DNA of 64,000 nt from positions 79,590 through 143,589 of the forward strand of contig JBMOMC010000011.1 of NCBI GenBank assembly GCA_049325335.1, written 5' to 3'. The translations under genes were made by a program, and so were the position numbers. The DNA is from Nitrospirota bacterium. GTDB lineage: Bacteria; Nitrospirota; Nitrospiria; 2-01-FULL-66-17. Below are positions 29,920-40,030 of the stretch, one piece after another. The first letter of the stretch is position 1. Each line of letters opens with the position of its first letter. Under the pieces are notes generated by a model. That model was not told the DNA's origin and searched no databases. It worked only from the letters and a program-made list of their open reading frames with translations.

Positions 29920-32900
29920 ATGCCTAAGCGCACCGACATTCACAAGATCCTCTTGATTGGCTCCGGGCCGATCGTGATCGGTCAGGCGTGCGAGTTCGAT
30001 TACTCGGGTTCGCAGGCGTGTAAGGCGTTGCGGGAGGAAGGGTACGAAGTGGTGTTGGTGAACTCCAACCCCGCCACCATCATGACCGACCCCGAATTGG
30101 CGCACCGCACGTACATCGAACCCATCACGCCCGACGTGGTCGAACGCATCATTGAACGCGAGCGGCCCGACGCGCTGCTGCCTACCATGGGCGGGCAAAC
30201 CGCACTCAACGTGTCGGTGGCGTTGGTTGAGCGCGGCGTGTTGGAGAAATACCGAGTCAAATTGATCGGCGCGCAGTACGAGGCCATCAAGAAAGCCGAA
30301 GATCGCGAGCGTTTCAAACAAGCCGTTCGCCGGGTAGGGCTCAAGGTCCCGGAAAGCGGCACCGTCTCGTCGGTGGAAGAGGCCATGAGCGTGATCGAGC
30401 GCGTGGGATTTCCCACCATCATTCGGCCGTCGTTCACGCTGGGCGGGGCGGGCGGATCGGTCGCGTACAACCGGGAGGAGTTCACGCGCGCGGTGGAGTG
30501 GGGGCTGGACGCGAGCCCGACTCACCAGATTCTGGTGGAACAGTCCGTGCTGGGGTGGAAAGAGTTCGAGTTGGAGGTGATGCGCGACCTGCGCGACAAT
30601 GTCGTGATCATCTGCTCGATCGAGAATATCGATCCGATGGGCGTGCACACCGGGGACAGCATCACCGTGGCTCCGGCCATGACGTTGACGGACAAGGAAT
30701 ACCAGGCGATGCGTGATGCCGCGATCGCGATCATCCGCGAGATCGGCGTAGAGACGGGCGGCTCGAATATCCAATTCGCGGTGAACCCTGATAACGGCGA
30801 CATGGTCGTGATCGAAATGAACCCGCGGGTGTCGCGCAGCTCCGCGCTGGCGTCGAAGGCCACCGGGTTCCCGATCGCCAAAATCGCGGCCAAACTCGCG
30901 GTAGGATACACGCTCGACGAGTTGCCAAACGACATCACACGGCAGACCCGCGCCGCGTTCGAACCCACCATCGACTACGTGGTGGTCAAGATTCCGCGGT
31001 TTACCTTTGAGAAGTTTCCGCAGGCCGACGCCACGTTGACCACCCAGATGAAGTCGGTCGGGGAAGCCATGTCGATCGGCCGGACGTTCAAGGAAGCGCT
31101 GCACAAGGCCATCCGTTCGTTGGAAATCGACCGCTTCGGGTTGGAGTCCGCGATTCGACTGTCCGGCAGTGTGCCGGCCGAAGGTGAACGCGAACGGGTG
31201 ATCGAGAAGCTGCGGGCGCCGAACTGGGAACGATTGTGGTATGTGGCGGACGCATTGCGCCTAGGGATGACCGTGCAGGAGGTGTCGACGATCACGAGGA
31301 TGGACCCCTGGTTTCTTCACCAGATCGCCGAACTCGTGCAGGCGGAGGACGACCTGCGCGCGCGACGCGCCCAATTGATCGCCGACGGGATCAGGCCGGA
31401 CGCGGAGAACATGCTACCGCGTGAAGTGTTGGCCGAGGCCAAGGCGATGGGATTTTCCGACCACGCATTGGGCCGACTGGTGGGGTCGGGTGAGGACTCG
31501 GTGCGCGCGCTGCGCGAACGAGCCGGGATTCGCCCGGTGTACAAACGCGTGGACACGTGCGGCGCGGAGTTCGTGGCGCACACCCCGTACCTCTACTCCA
31601 CCTACGAGCCCGAGTGCGAATCGCAACCCACGGATCGTAAGAAGGTGATGATCCTGGGTGGCGGCCCGAATCGAATCGGGCAGGGGATCGAATTCGACTA
31701 TTGTTGCGTCCACGCGTCGTACGCTTTACGCGACATGGGCTACGAAACGATCATGGTCAACTGCAACCCGGAGACGGTCAGCACCGACTACGACACGTCG
31801 GACCGGCTCTACTTCGAGCCGCTCACGCTCGAAGACGTGTTGCACATCATTCAGGTGGAACGTCCGTTGGGCGTGGTGGTACAGTTCGGCGGGCAGACCC
31901 CGCTGAAGCTGGCGGTGCCGCTCGCGCGCGCCGGTGTTCCGATCCTGGGCACCTCGCCGGACGCGATCGACCGCGCCGAAGATCGCGAACGGTTCCGCGA
32001 ACTGCTGGTGCAACTCACCCTGCGGCAACCCGAAAGCGGAACCGCGCGCACGCCCGGCGAGGCGTTGGCCATCGCGGCGAGGATCGGATACCCGGTCATG
32101 GTCAGACCCTCGTACGTGCTGGGCGGACGCGCCATGGCGATCGTGTACGATGAGGCGAGCCTGAACGCGTATCTGGCCGCGAACCTGCCCGCGAACCTGG
32201 CCACCGGCGTGTTGATCGATCAGTTCATCGACGATGCGGTGGAAATCGACGTGGACGCGGTGTCGGACGGCGAAACCGTGCTGGTCGCGGGCGTGATGGA
32301 GCACATCGAAGAAGCGGGGATCCATTCGGGCGACAGCGCGTGTTCGCTGCCCCCGTACTCGCTACCGGCTGAAACATTGGCCGAGATCGAGCGGCAGACG
32401 GTACAACTCGCGAAGGCGTTGGGCGTGATCGGCCTGATGAATATCCAGTTTGCGGTCAAAGGCCGAGACGTATACATCTTGGAAGTGAATCCGCGCGCCT
32501 CGCGCACCGCGCCGTTTGTCAGCAAGACGCTGGGCGTGCCGTTGGCCAAGTGGGCCATGAAGGTGATGATGGGCCGCACACTCTCGGAGCTGGGCCCCGC
32601 GCCGAAGCCCACGTCGTACACCGCGGTCAAGGAAGCGGTGTTTCCGTTCAACCGGTTCCCGGGCGTGGACACGCTGCTGGGACCGGAAATGAAATCCACC
32701 GGCGAGGTGATGGGGATCGACCGGGACTTCGGCCGCGCGTTCGCCAAAGCGCAGGCCGCGGCCGGTGGCGCCTTGCCCGAGTCGGGCACCGTGTTTCTGA
32801 GCGTGCGCGATCGCGACAAGGACGCGTTGGTGCCGATCGCGCGGTCGTTGGCCTCGCTCGGTTTCCGCCTCATCGCGACCACGGGCACCGCGTCCGTGCT

Positions 32901-33207
32901 CAAGACTGCGGGGATCGAGGTGCACACGGTGTTGAAGGTGCACGAAGGGCGGCCGCATATCGTGGATCACCTCAAAAACCGCGAGGTGCAACTGGTGATC
33001 AACACGGTGGGCGATCAGGCCTCGCAGCGCGACTCTGCGTCCATCCGCAGGACCACGTTGGTGTCCGGCATTCCGTACATCACGACCATCGCGGGCGCGA
33101 GGGCCGCGGCGGCCGCGATGCAGGCCCGTCCGCGCGGCGCGGTGGACGTTCGTTCGGTGCAGGAGTATTACCAGGAAACTCGAAACCTCGGCTCACGATC
33201 ACGGTAG
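29920..33207 (+). CDS. carB: Carbamoyl-phosphate synthase large subunit
   Basis: [24 protein letters not shown]; duplicated ATP-grasp domains; MGS domain. Confidence 0.98.
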   Translation: MPKRTDIHKILLIGSGPIVIGQACEFDYSGSQACKALREEGYEVVLVNSNPATIMTDPELAHRTYIEPITPDVVERIIERERPDALLPTMGGQTALNVSVALVERGVLEKYRVKLIGAQYEAIKKAEDRERFKQAVRRVGLKVPESGTVSSVEEAMSVIERVGFPTIIRPSFTLGGAGGSVAYNREEFTRAVEWGLDASPTHQILVEQSVLGWKEFELEVMRDLRDNVVIICSIENIDPMGVHTGDSITVAPAMTLTDKEYQAMRDAAIAIIREIGVETGGSNIQFAVNPDNGDMVVIEMNPRVSRSSALASKATGFPIAKIAAKLAVGYTLDELPNDITRQTRAAFEPTIDYVVVKIPRFTFEKFPQADATLTTQMKSVGEAMSIGRTFKEALHKAIRSLEIDRFGLESAIRLSGSVPAEGERERVIEKLRAPNWERLWYVADALRLGMTVQEVSTITRMDPWFLHQIAELVQAEDDLRARRAQLIADGIRPDAENMLPREVLAEAKAMGFSDHALGRLVGSGEDSVRALRERAGIRPVYKRVDTCGAEFVAHTPYLYSTYEPECESQPTDRKKVMILGGGPNRIGQGIEFDYCCVHASYALRDMGYETIMVNCNPETVSTDYDTSDRLYFEPLTLEDVLHIIQVERPLGVVVQFGGQTPLKLAVPLARAGVPILGTSPDAIDRAEDRERFRELLVQLTLRQPESGTARTPGEALAIAARIGYPVMVRPSYVLGGRAMAIVYDEASLNAYLAANLPANLATGVLIDQFIDDAVEIDVDAVSDGETVLVAGVMEHIEEAGIHSGDSACSLPPYSLPAETLAEIERQTVQLAKALGVIGLMNIQFAVKGRDVYILEVNPRASRTAPFVSKTLGVPLAKWAMKVMMGRTLSELGPAPKPTSYTAVKEAVFPFNRFPGVDTLLGPEMKSTGEVMGIDRDFGRAFAKAQAAAGGALPESGTVFLSVRDRDKDALVPIARSLASLGFRLIATTGTASVLKTAGIEVHTVLKVHEGRPHIVDHLKNREVQLVINTVGDQASQRDSASIRRTTLVSGIPYITTIAGARAAAAAMQARPRGAVDVRSVQEYYQETRNLGSRSR

Positions 33208-33217
33208 GGGAACGACG

Positions 33218-33694
33218 ATGGCGAAAATTCCGATGACCCCTCGCGGGTATCAAATGCTCAAGGACGAATTGGACCGGCTCAAACGCGTCGAGCGTCCGAA
33301 GAACATTCAAGATATCGCGGAAGCCCGGGCGCACGGCGACCTGAGCGAGAACGCGGAATACGCCGCAGCCAAAGAACGCCAGTCGTTTATCGAGGGGCGA
33401 ACGCGGGAAATCGAAACGCAGATCGCGGACGCGGAGGTGATCGACACCACCAACATGTCCGCGGACAAGGTGGTATTCGGCGCCACCGTGGTCATGGAAG
33501 ACACCGAATCCGGGGACAAGAAGCAAGTCACGATCGTGGGGCAACATGAGATCGACCTGAAAGGCGGGCGCATTTCGGCCCACTCGCCGGTCGGCAAGGC
33601 GCTCATCGGACACCGCGTGGGCGATCTCGTGACGATCGTGGCGCCTGCCAAAACGAGCGAGTATCAAGTGCTTGAAATTCGCTTCGATCCGTAG
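33218..33694 (+). CDS. greA: Transcription elongation factor GreA
   Basis: ARAHGDLSENAEY, ISAHSPVGKAL. Confidence 0.97.
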   Translation: MAKIPMTPRGYQMLKDELDRLKRVERPKNIQDIAEARAHGDLSENAEYAAAKERQSFIEGRTREIETQIADAEVIDTTNMSADKVVFGATVVMEDTESGDKKQVTIVGQHEIDLKGGRISAHSPVGKALIGHRVGDLVTIVAPAKTSEYQVLEIRFDP

Positions 33695-33704
33695 CAATTC
33701 CACG

Positions 33705-33911
33705 ATGGATTGGCCGCAACTCAGGATCGGGTTGCACCTCGCGCTCGGCTCGCGCCGCTTCGGCGTGAACGGCCGTTTGCGCGAGCCGTTCGATTCGCTG
33801 ATGGCCAAACCATTGTTCGGGTTTGGATGGAGCCTGCTCTTCCGGCCGTGGGCATGGTCCGCCGCGTGGCGGGTGATCCGTTTGCGGATGGACATTGCGG
33901 GCTGGACGTGA
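33705..33911 (+). CDS. Small Trp-rich hypothetical protein (68 aa)
   Basis: MDWPQLRIGLHLALG...MDIAGWT; mostly G/C-ending codons; fills the greA-pyrD gap. Confidence 0.5.
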   Translation: MDWPQLRIGLHLALGSRRFGVNGRLREPFDSLMAKPLFGFGWSLLFRPWAWSAAWRVIRLRMDIAGWT

Positions 33912-33944
33912 CTTCCGCGATCGGATGACCGGCCTTTGGGCGTC

Positions 33945-34883
33945 ATGAGCAATGCGTCTCCCAATCTGACCGTCAATCTCGGCGACGGGCTCGTCCTCAA
34001 AAATCCCATCATCGCCTCGTCGGGCACATTCGGTTACGGGGAAGAGTACGCCGGGGTGTTGGACTTGAACCGTCTCGGCGCCGTCGTGGTCAAGGGACTG
34101 TCGGTCGAACCCAAAACCGGGAATCCGGTTCCGCGGTTGGTGGAGACGCCGTCCGGGTTGCTCAACGCAATCGGCCTCGCCAACGTGGGGATCGAGGCAT
34201 TCCTCTCGGAGAAGTTGCCGTTTCTGCGGCGATTCGACGTCAAGGTCATCGTAAACATTTTCGGCGGAACGATCGAGGAGTTCGAGCGTCTGACGGATCG
34301 ACTATCCGACGCCGAGGGCGTACACGCGATCGAGGTCAATGTTTCGTGCCCGAACGTCAAACAAGGCGGCATGAGCTTCGGGCAATCGGCGACCGGCGTG
34401 TTCGAAGTGGTGCGCGCGGTGCGCCGAAAGACCCGTGTGCCGCTGATCGTGAAGCTCTCTCCAAACGTGACTGACGTGACGGAGATGGCCAAGGCCGCGC
34501 ACGCGGCGGGCGCGAGCGCGCTCTCGTTGATCAACACGGTACTGGGTATGGCGATCGACGTGGACACACGGCGTCCCAAACTCGCCTCGTGGACCGGCGG
34601 CCTGTCCGGGCCCGCGATCCGTCCGATCGCGGTGCGGATGGTATGGGAAACGTCCCGGGCGGTGCCGATTCCGATCATCGGGATGGGGGGCGTGACGTGC
34701 GGGGAGGACGCGGTGGAGTTCCTGCTGGCCGGCGCTTCGGCCGTGGCCGTGGGGACCGCGAACTTCATGAACCCTCGGTCCACCGTCGAGATTTTGGACG
34801 GTCTCACCCGGTATATGGCCCGCCACGGCATTCACGACGTCAGGAATCTCGTCGGCGCGATCGACGTCACCGGGCGAGGTTAA
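33945..34883 (+). CDS. pyrD: Dihydroorotate dehydrogenase, family 1 (1B-like) catalytic subunit
   Basis: ASSGTFGYG, LNAIGLAN, NVSCPNV, KLSPNV, GGLSGPAIRP. Confidence 0.95.
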   Translation: MSNASPNLTVNLGDGLVLKNPIIASSGTFGYGEEYAGVLDLNRLGAVVVKGLSVEPKTGNPVPRLVETPSGLLNAIGLANVGIEAFLSEKLPFLRRFDVKVIVNIFGGTIEEFERLTDRLSDAEGVHAIEVNVSCPNVKQGGMSFGQSATGVFEVVRAVRRKTRVPLIVKLSPNVTDVTEMAKAAHAAGASALSLINTVLGMAIDVDTRRPKLASWTGGLSGPAIRPIAVRMVWETSRAVPIPIIGMGGVTCGEDAVEFLLAGASAVAVGTANFMNPRSTVEILDGLTRYMARHGIHDVRNLVGAIDVTGRG

Positions 34884-34884
34884 C

Positions 34885-35673
34885 GTGGCGATCGTCACGT
34901 TAACCTCGGATTTTGGCCTGAGTGATCCCTGGGTCGGCAGCCTCAAAGGCGTGATCCTCTCCGTTGCGCCGGATGCCGTGCTGGTGGACCTGACCCACGA
35001 GATCCCGCGGCACGCGGTGGCCGCCGCGTCCTACGTCGTGTCTTCGGTATCCCGCCATTTCCCGCCCGGCACGGTCCACCTGGTGGTGGTGGACCCCGGC
35101 GTAGGCGGCGCCCGACGCCCGCTTGCGTGCACGGCGGGCGGGGCGATGTTCGTGGGGCCCGATAACGGGGTGTTCGACCGCGTGTTGGGCCGAAATCCCG
35201 ATGCGCGATGCGTGGAGATCGCCGACCCGCGTGTCATGCGCGCGGCACCGTCCAAGAGCCCCACATTTCAGGGGCGCGACGTGTTCGCCCCGGCCGCCGC
35301 GTGGTTGGCGCGAGGCACGCGTGTGGAAGCGCTCGGGCCGTTGGTGACCGATCCGGTCCGGCTTTTCGTTCCTGAGGCGCGCGGCCACGCCTTATCGTGG
35401 GACGGCGCGGTGGTATGGGTCGATGGGTTCGGCAATCTGATCAGTAATATCGAAATTCCTCGCGGAACCGTAGTCACCACGGTGCGCGTGGCGGGCCGGG
35501 AGCTTCCCGTGGTGACCCACTACGCGGAAGGACCGCCGGGTCGGGCCGCCGCGCTCGTCAACAGCGACGGCCTGGTTGAGATTTTCGTGAATCGCGGCGA
35601 GGCGTCCACCATGCTCGGGGTCTCACCGGGCGAACCGGTCACGGCCGCGATCGCGGTGCGCGATCATACGTAG
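34885..35673 (+). CDS. SAM hydroxide adenosyltransferase / DUF62 (chlorinase-fluorinase family)
   Basis: TSDFG, VDLTH, VVDPGVG, PDNG, TFQGRDVFAP, DGFGN. Confidence 0.92.
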   Translation: MAIVTLTSDFGLSDPWVGSLKGVILSVAPDAVLVDLTHEIPRHAVAAASYVVSSVSRHFPPGTVHLVVVDPGVGGARRPLACTAGGAMFVGPDNGVFDRVLGRNPDARCVEIADPRVMRAAPSKSPTFQGRDVFAPAAAWLARGTRVEALGPLVTDPVRLFVPEARGHALSWDGAVVWVDGFGNLISNIEIPRGTVVTTVRVAGRELPVVTHYAEGPPGRAAALVNSDGLVEIFVNRGEASTMLGVSPGEPVTAAIAVRDHT

Positions 35674-37052
35674 GCGACTTCGATCGTTCCGCGCCGTTCT
35701 TCGGACGGAGGACGAACCGCCACGTAGCAGTCTCCAGACCGCACCAGTCCGGAGTCGTTCGCCGCGTTGATTCCCCGTCGAAACCATTCGGGATTGTCAT
35801 CCGCGGCGTGGATGAGCGGCGTCACGCCCCAAACCAGGGACAGACGGGCGGCGACCCGGCGATCGCTGGTCGGCGCCAAGATCGCCTGACGCGGCCGGTA
35901 GGCGGCTACGTGAATCGGCTCGGTTCCGTCTCCGGCCGGGACCACAATCACGTCGGCATGGATGTCCTCGGCGAGCGCGCAGGCCGCGCGCGACATGGCT
36001 TGAGCCACTCCGCCGACTTCACGCCGCAAGAAGCGGGGGCGATCCATTTCGCGTTCAGCGCGTTCGGCGATGCGCGCCATGGTGGCGACCGCTTGCACCG
36101 GATATTTCCCGATCGCGGTCTCTTCCGAGAGCATCAACGCGTCCGTGCCGTCGAGAACCGCGGCGGCTACGTCCGTGGCCTCGGCCCGCGTGGGCCGCGG
36201 GGAGGCCACCATGGACTCGAGCATTTGCGTGGCGGTAATGACCGGAATCCCACAGCTCAATGCGCGTGTAATCACGGTTTTTTGATGGAAGGGGACGTCC
36301 TCCAGGGCGGTTTCCACGCCGAGGTCGCCGCGCGCAACCATGACGCCGTCGGATTCACTCGTGATGGCGGCGATATCATGCATGGCTTCCCTTTGTTCGA
36401 TCTTAGCGATGAGGGGAATCCGGCGCCCGGCCCGGTCCATCCACGATCTGGCGGTGCGGATATCTCCAACGTGGCGAACGAAGGAGAGCGCGATCCAGTC
36501 AAGCCGCTGCTCAACCGCCCCGAGAAGGTCATCGCGGTCTTTGGCGGTCAACGCCTCAATCGCCAGGCTCCGGCCAGGAATATTGACCCCTTTGTGCGCG
36601 CCCAACAAACCTCCGACCACCACCCGGGTGGCGACATCCCCGTCGCCGACGCGTTCAACGACCAACTCGATGGTTCCGTCGCTCAGGAGAATCGTGTCTC
36701 CTGGTTTCACGGCCTCTGTGAGTTCTGGACAATCCACGGACACGGACCGCCAGTCTCCGGGAACGCGGTTCGCGGTCAGAATGAATGGATCTCCCGCGCG
36801 TAACATGACGGCCTCGCGGCTCAGCGTCCCGGTGCGAAGCTTGGGGCCCGCCAAGTCTCCTATGACCGCGACGGTCCGGCCCAACGACTCAGCCACGGCG
36901 CGAATCCGCGCGATGCGACCGGATTGTTCTCGGGCGTCGCCGTGGGAAAAGTTGACCCTGGCCACATCCATGCCGGCAAGGATCATGGCTCGGAGCACGT
37001 CCGGGTGGTCGCTGGCTGGTCCGATGGTGCACACGATTTTCGTGCGGCGCAT
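35664..37052 (-). CDS. pyk: Pyruvate kinase
   Basis: RRTKIVCTIGPA, RVNFSHG, IAKIE, MVARGDLGVE, ATQMLESM, PTRAE. Confidence 0.96.
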   Translation of the reverse strand: MRRTKIVCTIGPASDHPDVLRAMILAGMDVARVNFSHGDAREQSGRIARIRAVAESLGRTVAVIGDLAGPKLRTGTLSREAVMLRAGDPFILTANRVPGDWRSVSVDCPELTEAVKPGDTILLSDGTIELVVERVGDGDVATRVVVGGLLGAHKGVNIPGRSLAIEALTAKDRDDLLGAVEQRLDWIALSFVRHVGDIRTARSWMDRAGRRIPLIAKIEQREAMHDIAAITSESDGVMVARGDLGVETALEDVPFHQKTVITRALSCGIPVITATQMLESMVASPRPTRAEATDVAAAVLDGTDALMLSEETAIGKYPVQAVATMARIAERAEREMDRPRFLRREVGGVAQAMSRAACALAEDIHADVIVVPAGDGTEPIHVAAYRPRQAILAPTSDRRVAARLSLVWGVTPLIHAADDNPEWFRRGINAANDSGLVRSGDCYVAVRPPSEERRGTIEVAYV

Positions 37053-37417
37053 GGAACTCCTTTTCCAGGACGCGTCACCCTTCGTTTCGGGAGCGACCTC
37101 TTAATAATAGAGGACTGCAGGTTCAGCGGCCGGATTCGGGGACAGGACCATCCTGAATTGATCCTGCCAGGCAACGCCCCCTGCGTCAAGGTTTCCTGCG
37201 CAGACCATGTGCCCGAAGTATCGAGCCTTTATGTCCGCATTATATTAGAAGAGGGCTCGCGTGATCCAATACCCCCATGCTTTAGGCGAGTTCATAACCA
37301 TCACGAAAATATCCTTTAAACCTCGTGCAACCCTATGCTAGAATGCCGCGCTCTGTTGTTCGAGAAGACTATCAACGTCCGTATTCGCGGGAGCGAGGAC
37401 CACACCAGGAGGTGTTC

Positions 37418-37849
37418 ATGGCGAAATTATCCGATGAGGCCAAGAAAAAAATCGCGGAGGCGGTGAAACGCTCGTGGGTATTACGGCGGGCTCGGATGGC
37501 CGGGAAGGCGAAAGGAACGGGCCATGCCGCGCCCGGAGGAACCGGCGCCGCCAAATCGGCCGGGAAAGGCCGTCGGAAGCTCTCCGCGGCGGCAAAACAA
37601 CGAATCGCGGAAGCCGTCAAGCGGTCATGGGCCCTGCGGCGGGCCGGCCGAACCGGGGCAACGGTCTCGGGGGGACGCGGGTCGGCCGGGGGGGCTCGCA
37701 TTCTGGCCTCGATTCAGCAGGCGTCACGAGCGCTGCGATCGCTGACGCTCGATGATCTTCGGCCGCTGGCGGGCAGGAAAGACGCGGCGGCCCAGTTAGC
37801 CGAACTCGCCGGGTTGGCCTCGGACCTGCGGCGGCTGATCGCGCCGTAA
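37418..37849 (+). CDS. Small basic protein with two internal helical repeats (putative DNA-binding)
   Basis: LSDEAKKKIAEAVKRSWVLRRA and LSAAAKQRIAEAVKRSWALRRA; AGGAGG RBS; TGcTAGAAT extended -10 at 37336-44; own terminator. Confidence 0.8.
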   Translation: MAKLSDEAKKKIAEAVKRSWVLRRARMAGKAKGTGHAAPGGTGAAKSAGKGRRKLSAAAKQRIAEAVKRSWALRRAGRTGATVSGGRGSAGGARILASIQQASRALRSLTLDDLRPLAGRKDAAAQLAELAGLASDLRRLIAP

Positions 37850-37864
37850 CCCCGTCCCTCGTAG

Positions 37865-37917
37865 AGCCGAACGCCCAGCCCGCGCAACACACGCCGGCTG
37901 GGCGTTCGGCTTTCTTC
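37865..37917 (+). terminator. Rho-independent terminator
   Basis: 16-bp stem AGCCGAACGCCCAGCC / GGCTGGGCGTTCGGCT followed by a T-rich tail. Confidence 0.8.
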
Positions 37918-38126
37918 GCTCACGCAATCCGCTAAGGAATAATTTCTCCGGCTCGGAGGTCTTCTCCCCAGGTGGGGCGATCTCCAATGAACCGACTGAT
38001 CCACTGGTGGGGCCGATCCGTCATTCAGTTCAGGGTGTTCTGGCTTTCCTTGGCCGGCCATCGATTGGAACGCCGTATTCTTGAAGAGCGGAAACGGTAT
38101 CCGTCCGGACCTCGCTCGTCGCAGGA

Positions 38127-38747
38127 CTAGTTCGGGCGCGCGTCACGCGCGTCTCTCGCACCGTTCGCGATCCACTGATCCCAATCTGAATAACACGTCG
38201 GCGGGGCGAGGACCAGCAACACGTCTCCGTCCAGAAACCGCCAATCGGGTGTAAACGGTTGAAGCGACTGATCGCGTCGAACCGCCAGGCAAATTCCCGT
38301 CGGCATGTCTCCGGTGAGCGTGCCTCCGCGCCACGGGGATTCTTGTGTGATGGGAACGGGGTGGATCCGCCACGATCCGGTCCCGATGATGCGCGCCAGC
38401 CGCCGGGCGGATATCGCGGTACGCACGTCACCCGGAGAGAGTGGCACGTCTTCCGTATATTGTCGGCGCAGTGTTTTCGACCGGTGAATCTTGCCGAGCG
38501 TGGCGTCGATTTGTGGTGTTCGCTCAATCGAGACGCCGGCGGCGAACAATGTATAGGCGTCACGGCCCAGTTGTCGATAAAGGTCGCGTTCACGCTCCGA
38601 CAGTTTGCGCAGGATTCGGCGTTGTCGAATGTGTGATCGGACATGCTCCGCGAGTTCAGCGATGTCCCAGAAGAGTTCTCGGCATGCTTGACCTGAAATC
38701 GCGACGTCAGTTGCAATTTCTGATGATATTTTACCTATATTTATCAT
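38127..38747 (-). CDS. Hypothetical protein: N-terminal helical region plus TrkA-C/RCK-C-like domain
   Basis: ITQESPWRGGTL...LAVRRD...PDWRFLDGDVLLVL resembles TrkA_C. Confidence 0.65.
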   Translation of the reverse strand: MINIGKISSEIATDVAISGQACRELFWDIAELAEHVRSHIRQRRILRKLSERERDLYRQLGRDAYTLFAAGVSIERTPQIDATLGKIHRSKTLRRQYTEDVPLSPGDVRTAISARRLARIIGTGSWRIHPVPITQESPWRGGTLTGDMPTGICLAVRRDQSLQPFTPDWRFLDGDVLLVLAPPTCYSDWDQWIANGARDARDARPN

Positions 38748-38821
38748 GTGATTATTTTATTTATATTTCGATATCAGTTTATATTCCATATTAGTCCGAT
38801 AAGAGATATTCTGTAAAATTA

Positions 38822-40024
38822 TTACAGGCGGTTATCGTCGAGAACGGACACCCTTCCCGTTTGCGGATCGTACGACCATGGATTCCCCCACGGGTCGTTG
38901 CGTGGCCAATTGGCGGCGCCGTATTTGGCGATCGGTTCGGACACGGATGCCGGCAACGCACCGTGTTCCACACGCCACACCTCAACCAGGTTGCCCAGCG
39001 CCCTGAGATGATTGGCAAGCAGGACGGTTTTGAGCGTCCGGACTTCGGTTCGGACGGCGTCACGTATTCCCGGTAGCGCATTCCAGATGGTCCAACATGG
39101 GATAAGGACGAATGCCGTTGCGACGACGAGATTGAGGGTCCATCCCAAGGCCCCAACCACGTGTCGCGACCACTCGGACGGCGTGCCGCGACCGGCAGCG
39201 GTCGCGGCGGCTGATGTCGTCGGCACGCCGACGGACGCGATGAGTCCGGCGCTCAGCAGATTCGCTAATGCCTTACAGACTTCGAATTCACCGATCTGAA
39301 GGAGCTCGATCAGCCGGGCCACATCGTGGGAGCCGTTGACGGCATGGTAGACGGCGATCTCGTTCGCGGAGAACCGCCCTTCGGGTTCCGCCGATTCCAA
39401 ATCAGCGAACGGGTCCTCCTCGGCCGTGTGCGTCGCGGCGGGTGGTGGAGCCGTGGGACTGCTTGATTGCTCGATCTCCCCTCGTTTGTCCGGCACTTGA
39501 GCGAAGACCACTTTCAGAGACGGGATCTTCTTTTCGATCGGCGGCCATTCATCAAGGCGCCGAATGCCTTCCATTAAGATATGTTCGGTGCTGATCGGGT
39601 CGATGTACTGGGTCGGGTAATCCACGTCCCGCTGGTCAAAGGAGTAACGCCCGTCTTTCCAACGAAACAATCGGTAGGCTGTTTCTAGAACTTGCATTCG
39701 CAAGGCTTTCTTGAGATCAGACTCACTAATAGCTTGCTGTGAAACGAGAATTTGACCAAGAAAGTCTCCAGTTTCCTGTTGTATTTTTAGCGCCTTGTCC
39801 AGTTGATGCTGAGACACGCGTTTGGCGCGGACCAATACGTCGCCGATCCGTTCGATGCCTTCGGCGTTCTCCATCTGCGCGGAGACCACCATCCCCTTGA
39901 TAAAGCCGACGGTGGCGCGTCGCGAACCATCTTGGATGGACATTACCCCGCTCTTTTGCTGCACGTAAATGAGCTGAAAAATGTCCGATAGCCCGAAATC
40001 CTTGATGGATCCTTCAAGCGACAT
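38822..40024 (-). CDS. DUF4388 (PatA-N) protein with MshEN-like insert, TM helix and GspG-like C-terminus
   Basis: LEGSIKDFGLSDIFQLI..KSG; tandem 24-aa motifs RIGDVLV..LKIQ and FLGQILV..LRMQ; LFRWKDGRYSF; LMEGIRRLDEW; DPWGNPWSY. Confidence 0.85.
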   Translation of the reverse strand: MSLEGSIKDFGLSDIFQLIYVQQKSGVMSIQDGSRRATVGFIKGMVVSAQMENAEGIERIGDVLVRAKRVSQHQLDKALKIQQETGDFLGQILVSQQAISESDLKKALRMQVLETAYRLFRWKDGRYSFDQRDVDYPTQYIDPISTEHILMEGIRRLDEWPPIEKKIPSLKVVFAQVPDKRGEIEQSSSPTAPPPAATHTAEEDPFADLESAEPEGRFSANEIAVYHAVNGSHDVARLIELLQIGEFEVCKALANLLSAGLIASVGVPTTSAAATAAGRGTPSEWSRHVVGALGWTLNLVVATAFVLIPCWTIWNALPGIRDAVRTEVRTLKTVLLANHLRALGNLVEVWRVEHGALPASVSEPIAKYGAANWPRNDPWGNPWSYDPQTGRVSVLDDNRL

Positions 40025-40030
40025 ATTCGG

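Noticed and set aside
34885..35673. Halogenase (fluorinase/chlorinase) natural-product gene
   Set aside because: Housekeeping context beside pyrD and no biosynthetic cluster; a DUF62 SAM hydrolase is more likely.
37920..38126. 6S RNA, SRP RNA or riboswitch
   Set aside because: Some hairpins are present but none of the diagnostic motifs; kept only as a small-ORF/sRNA candidate.
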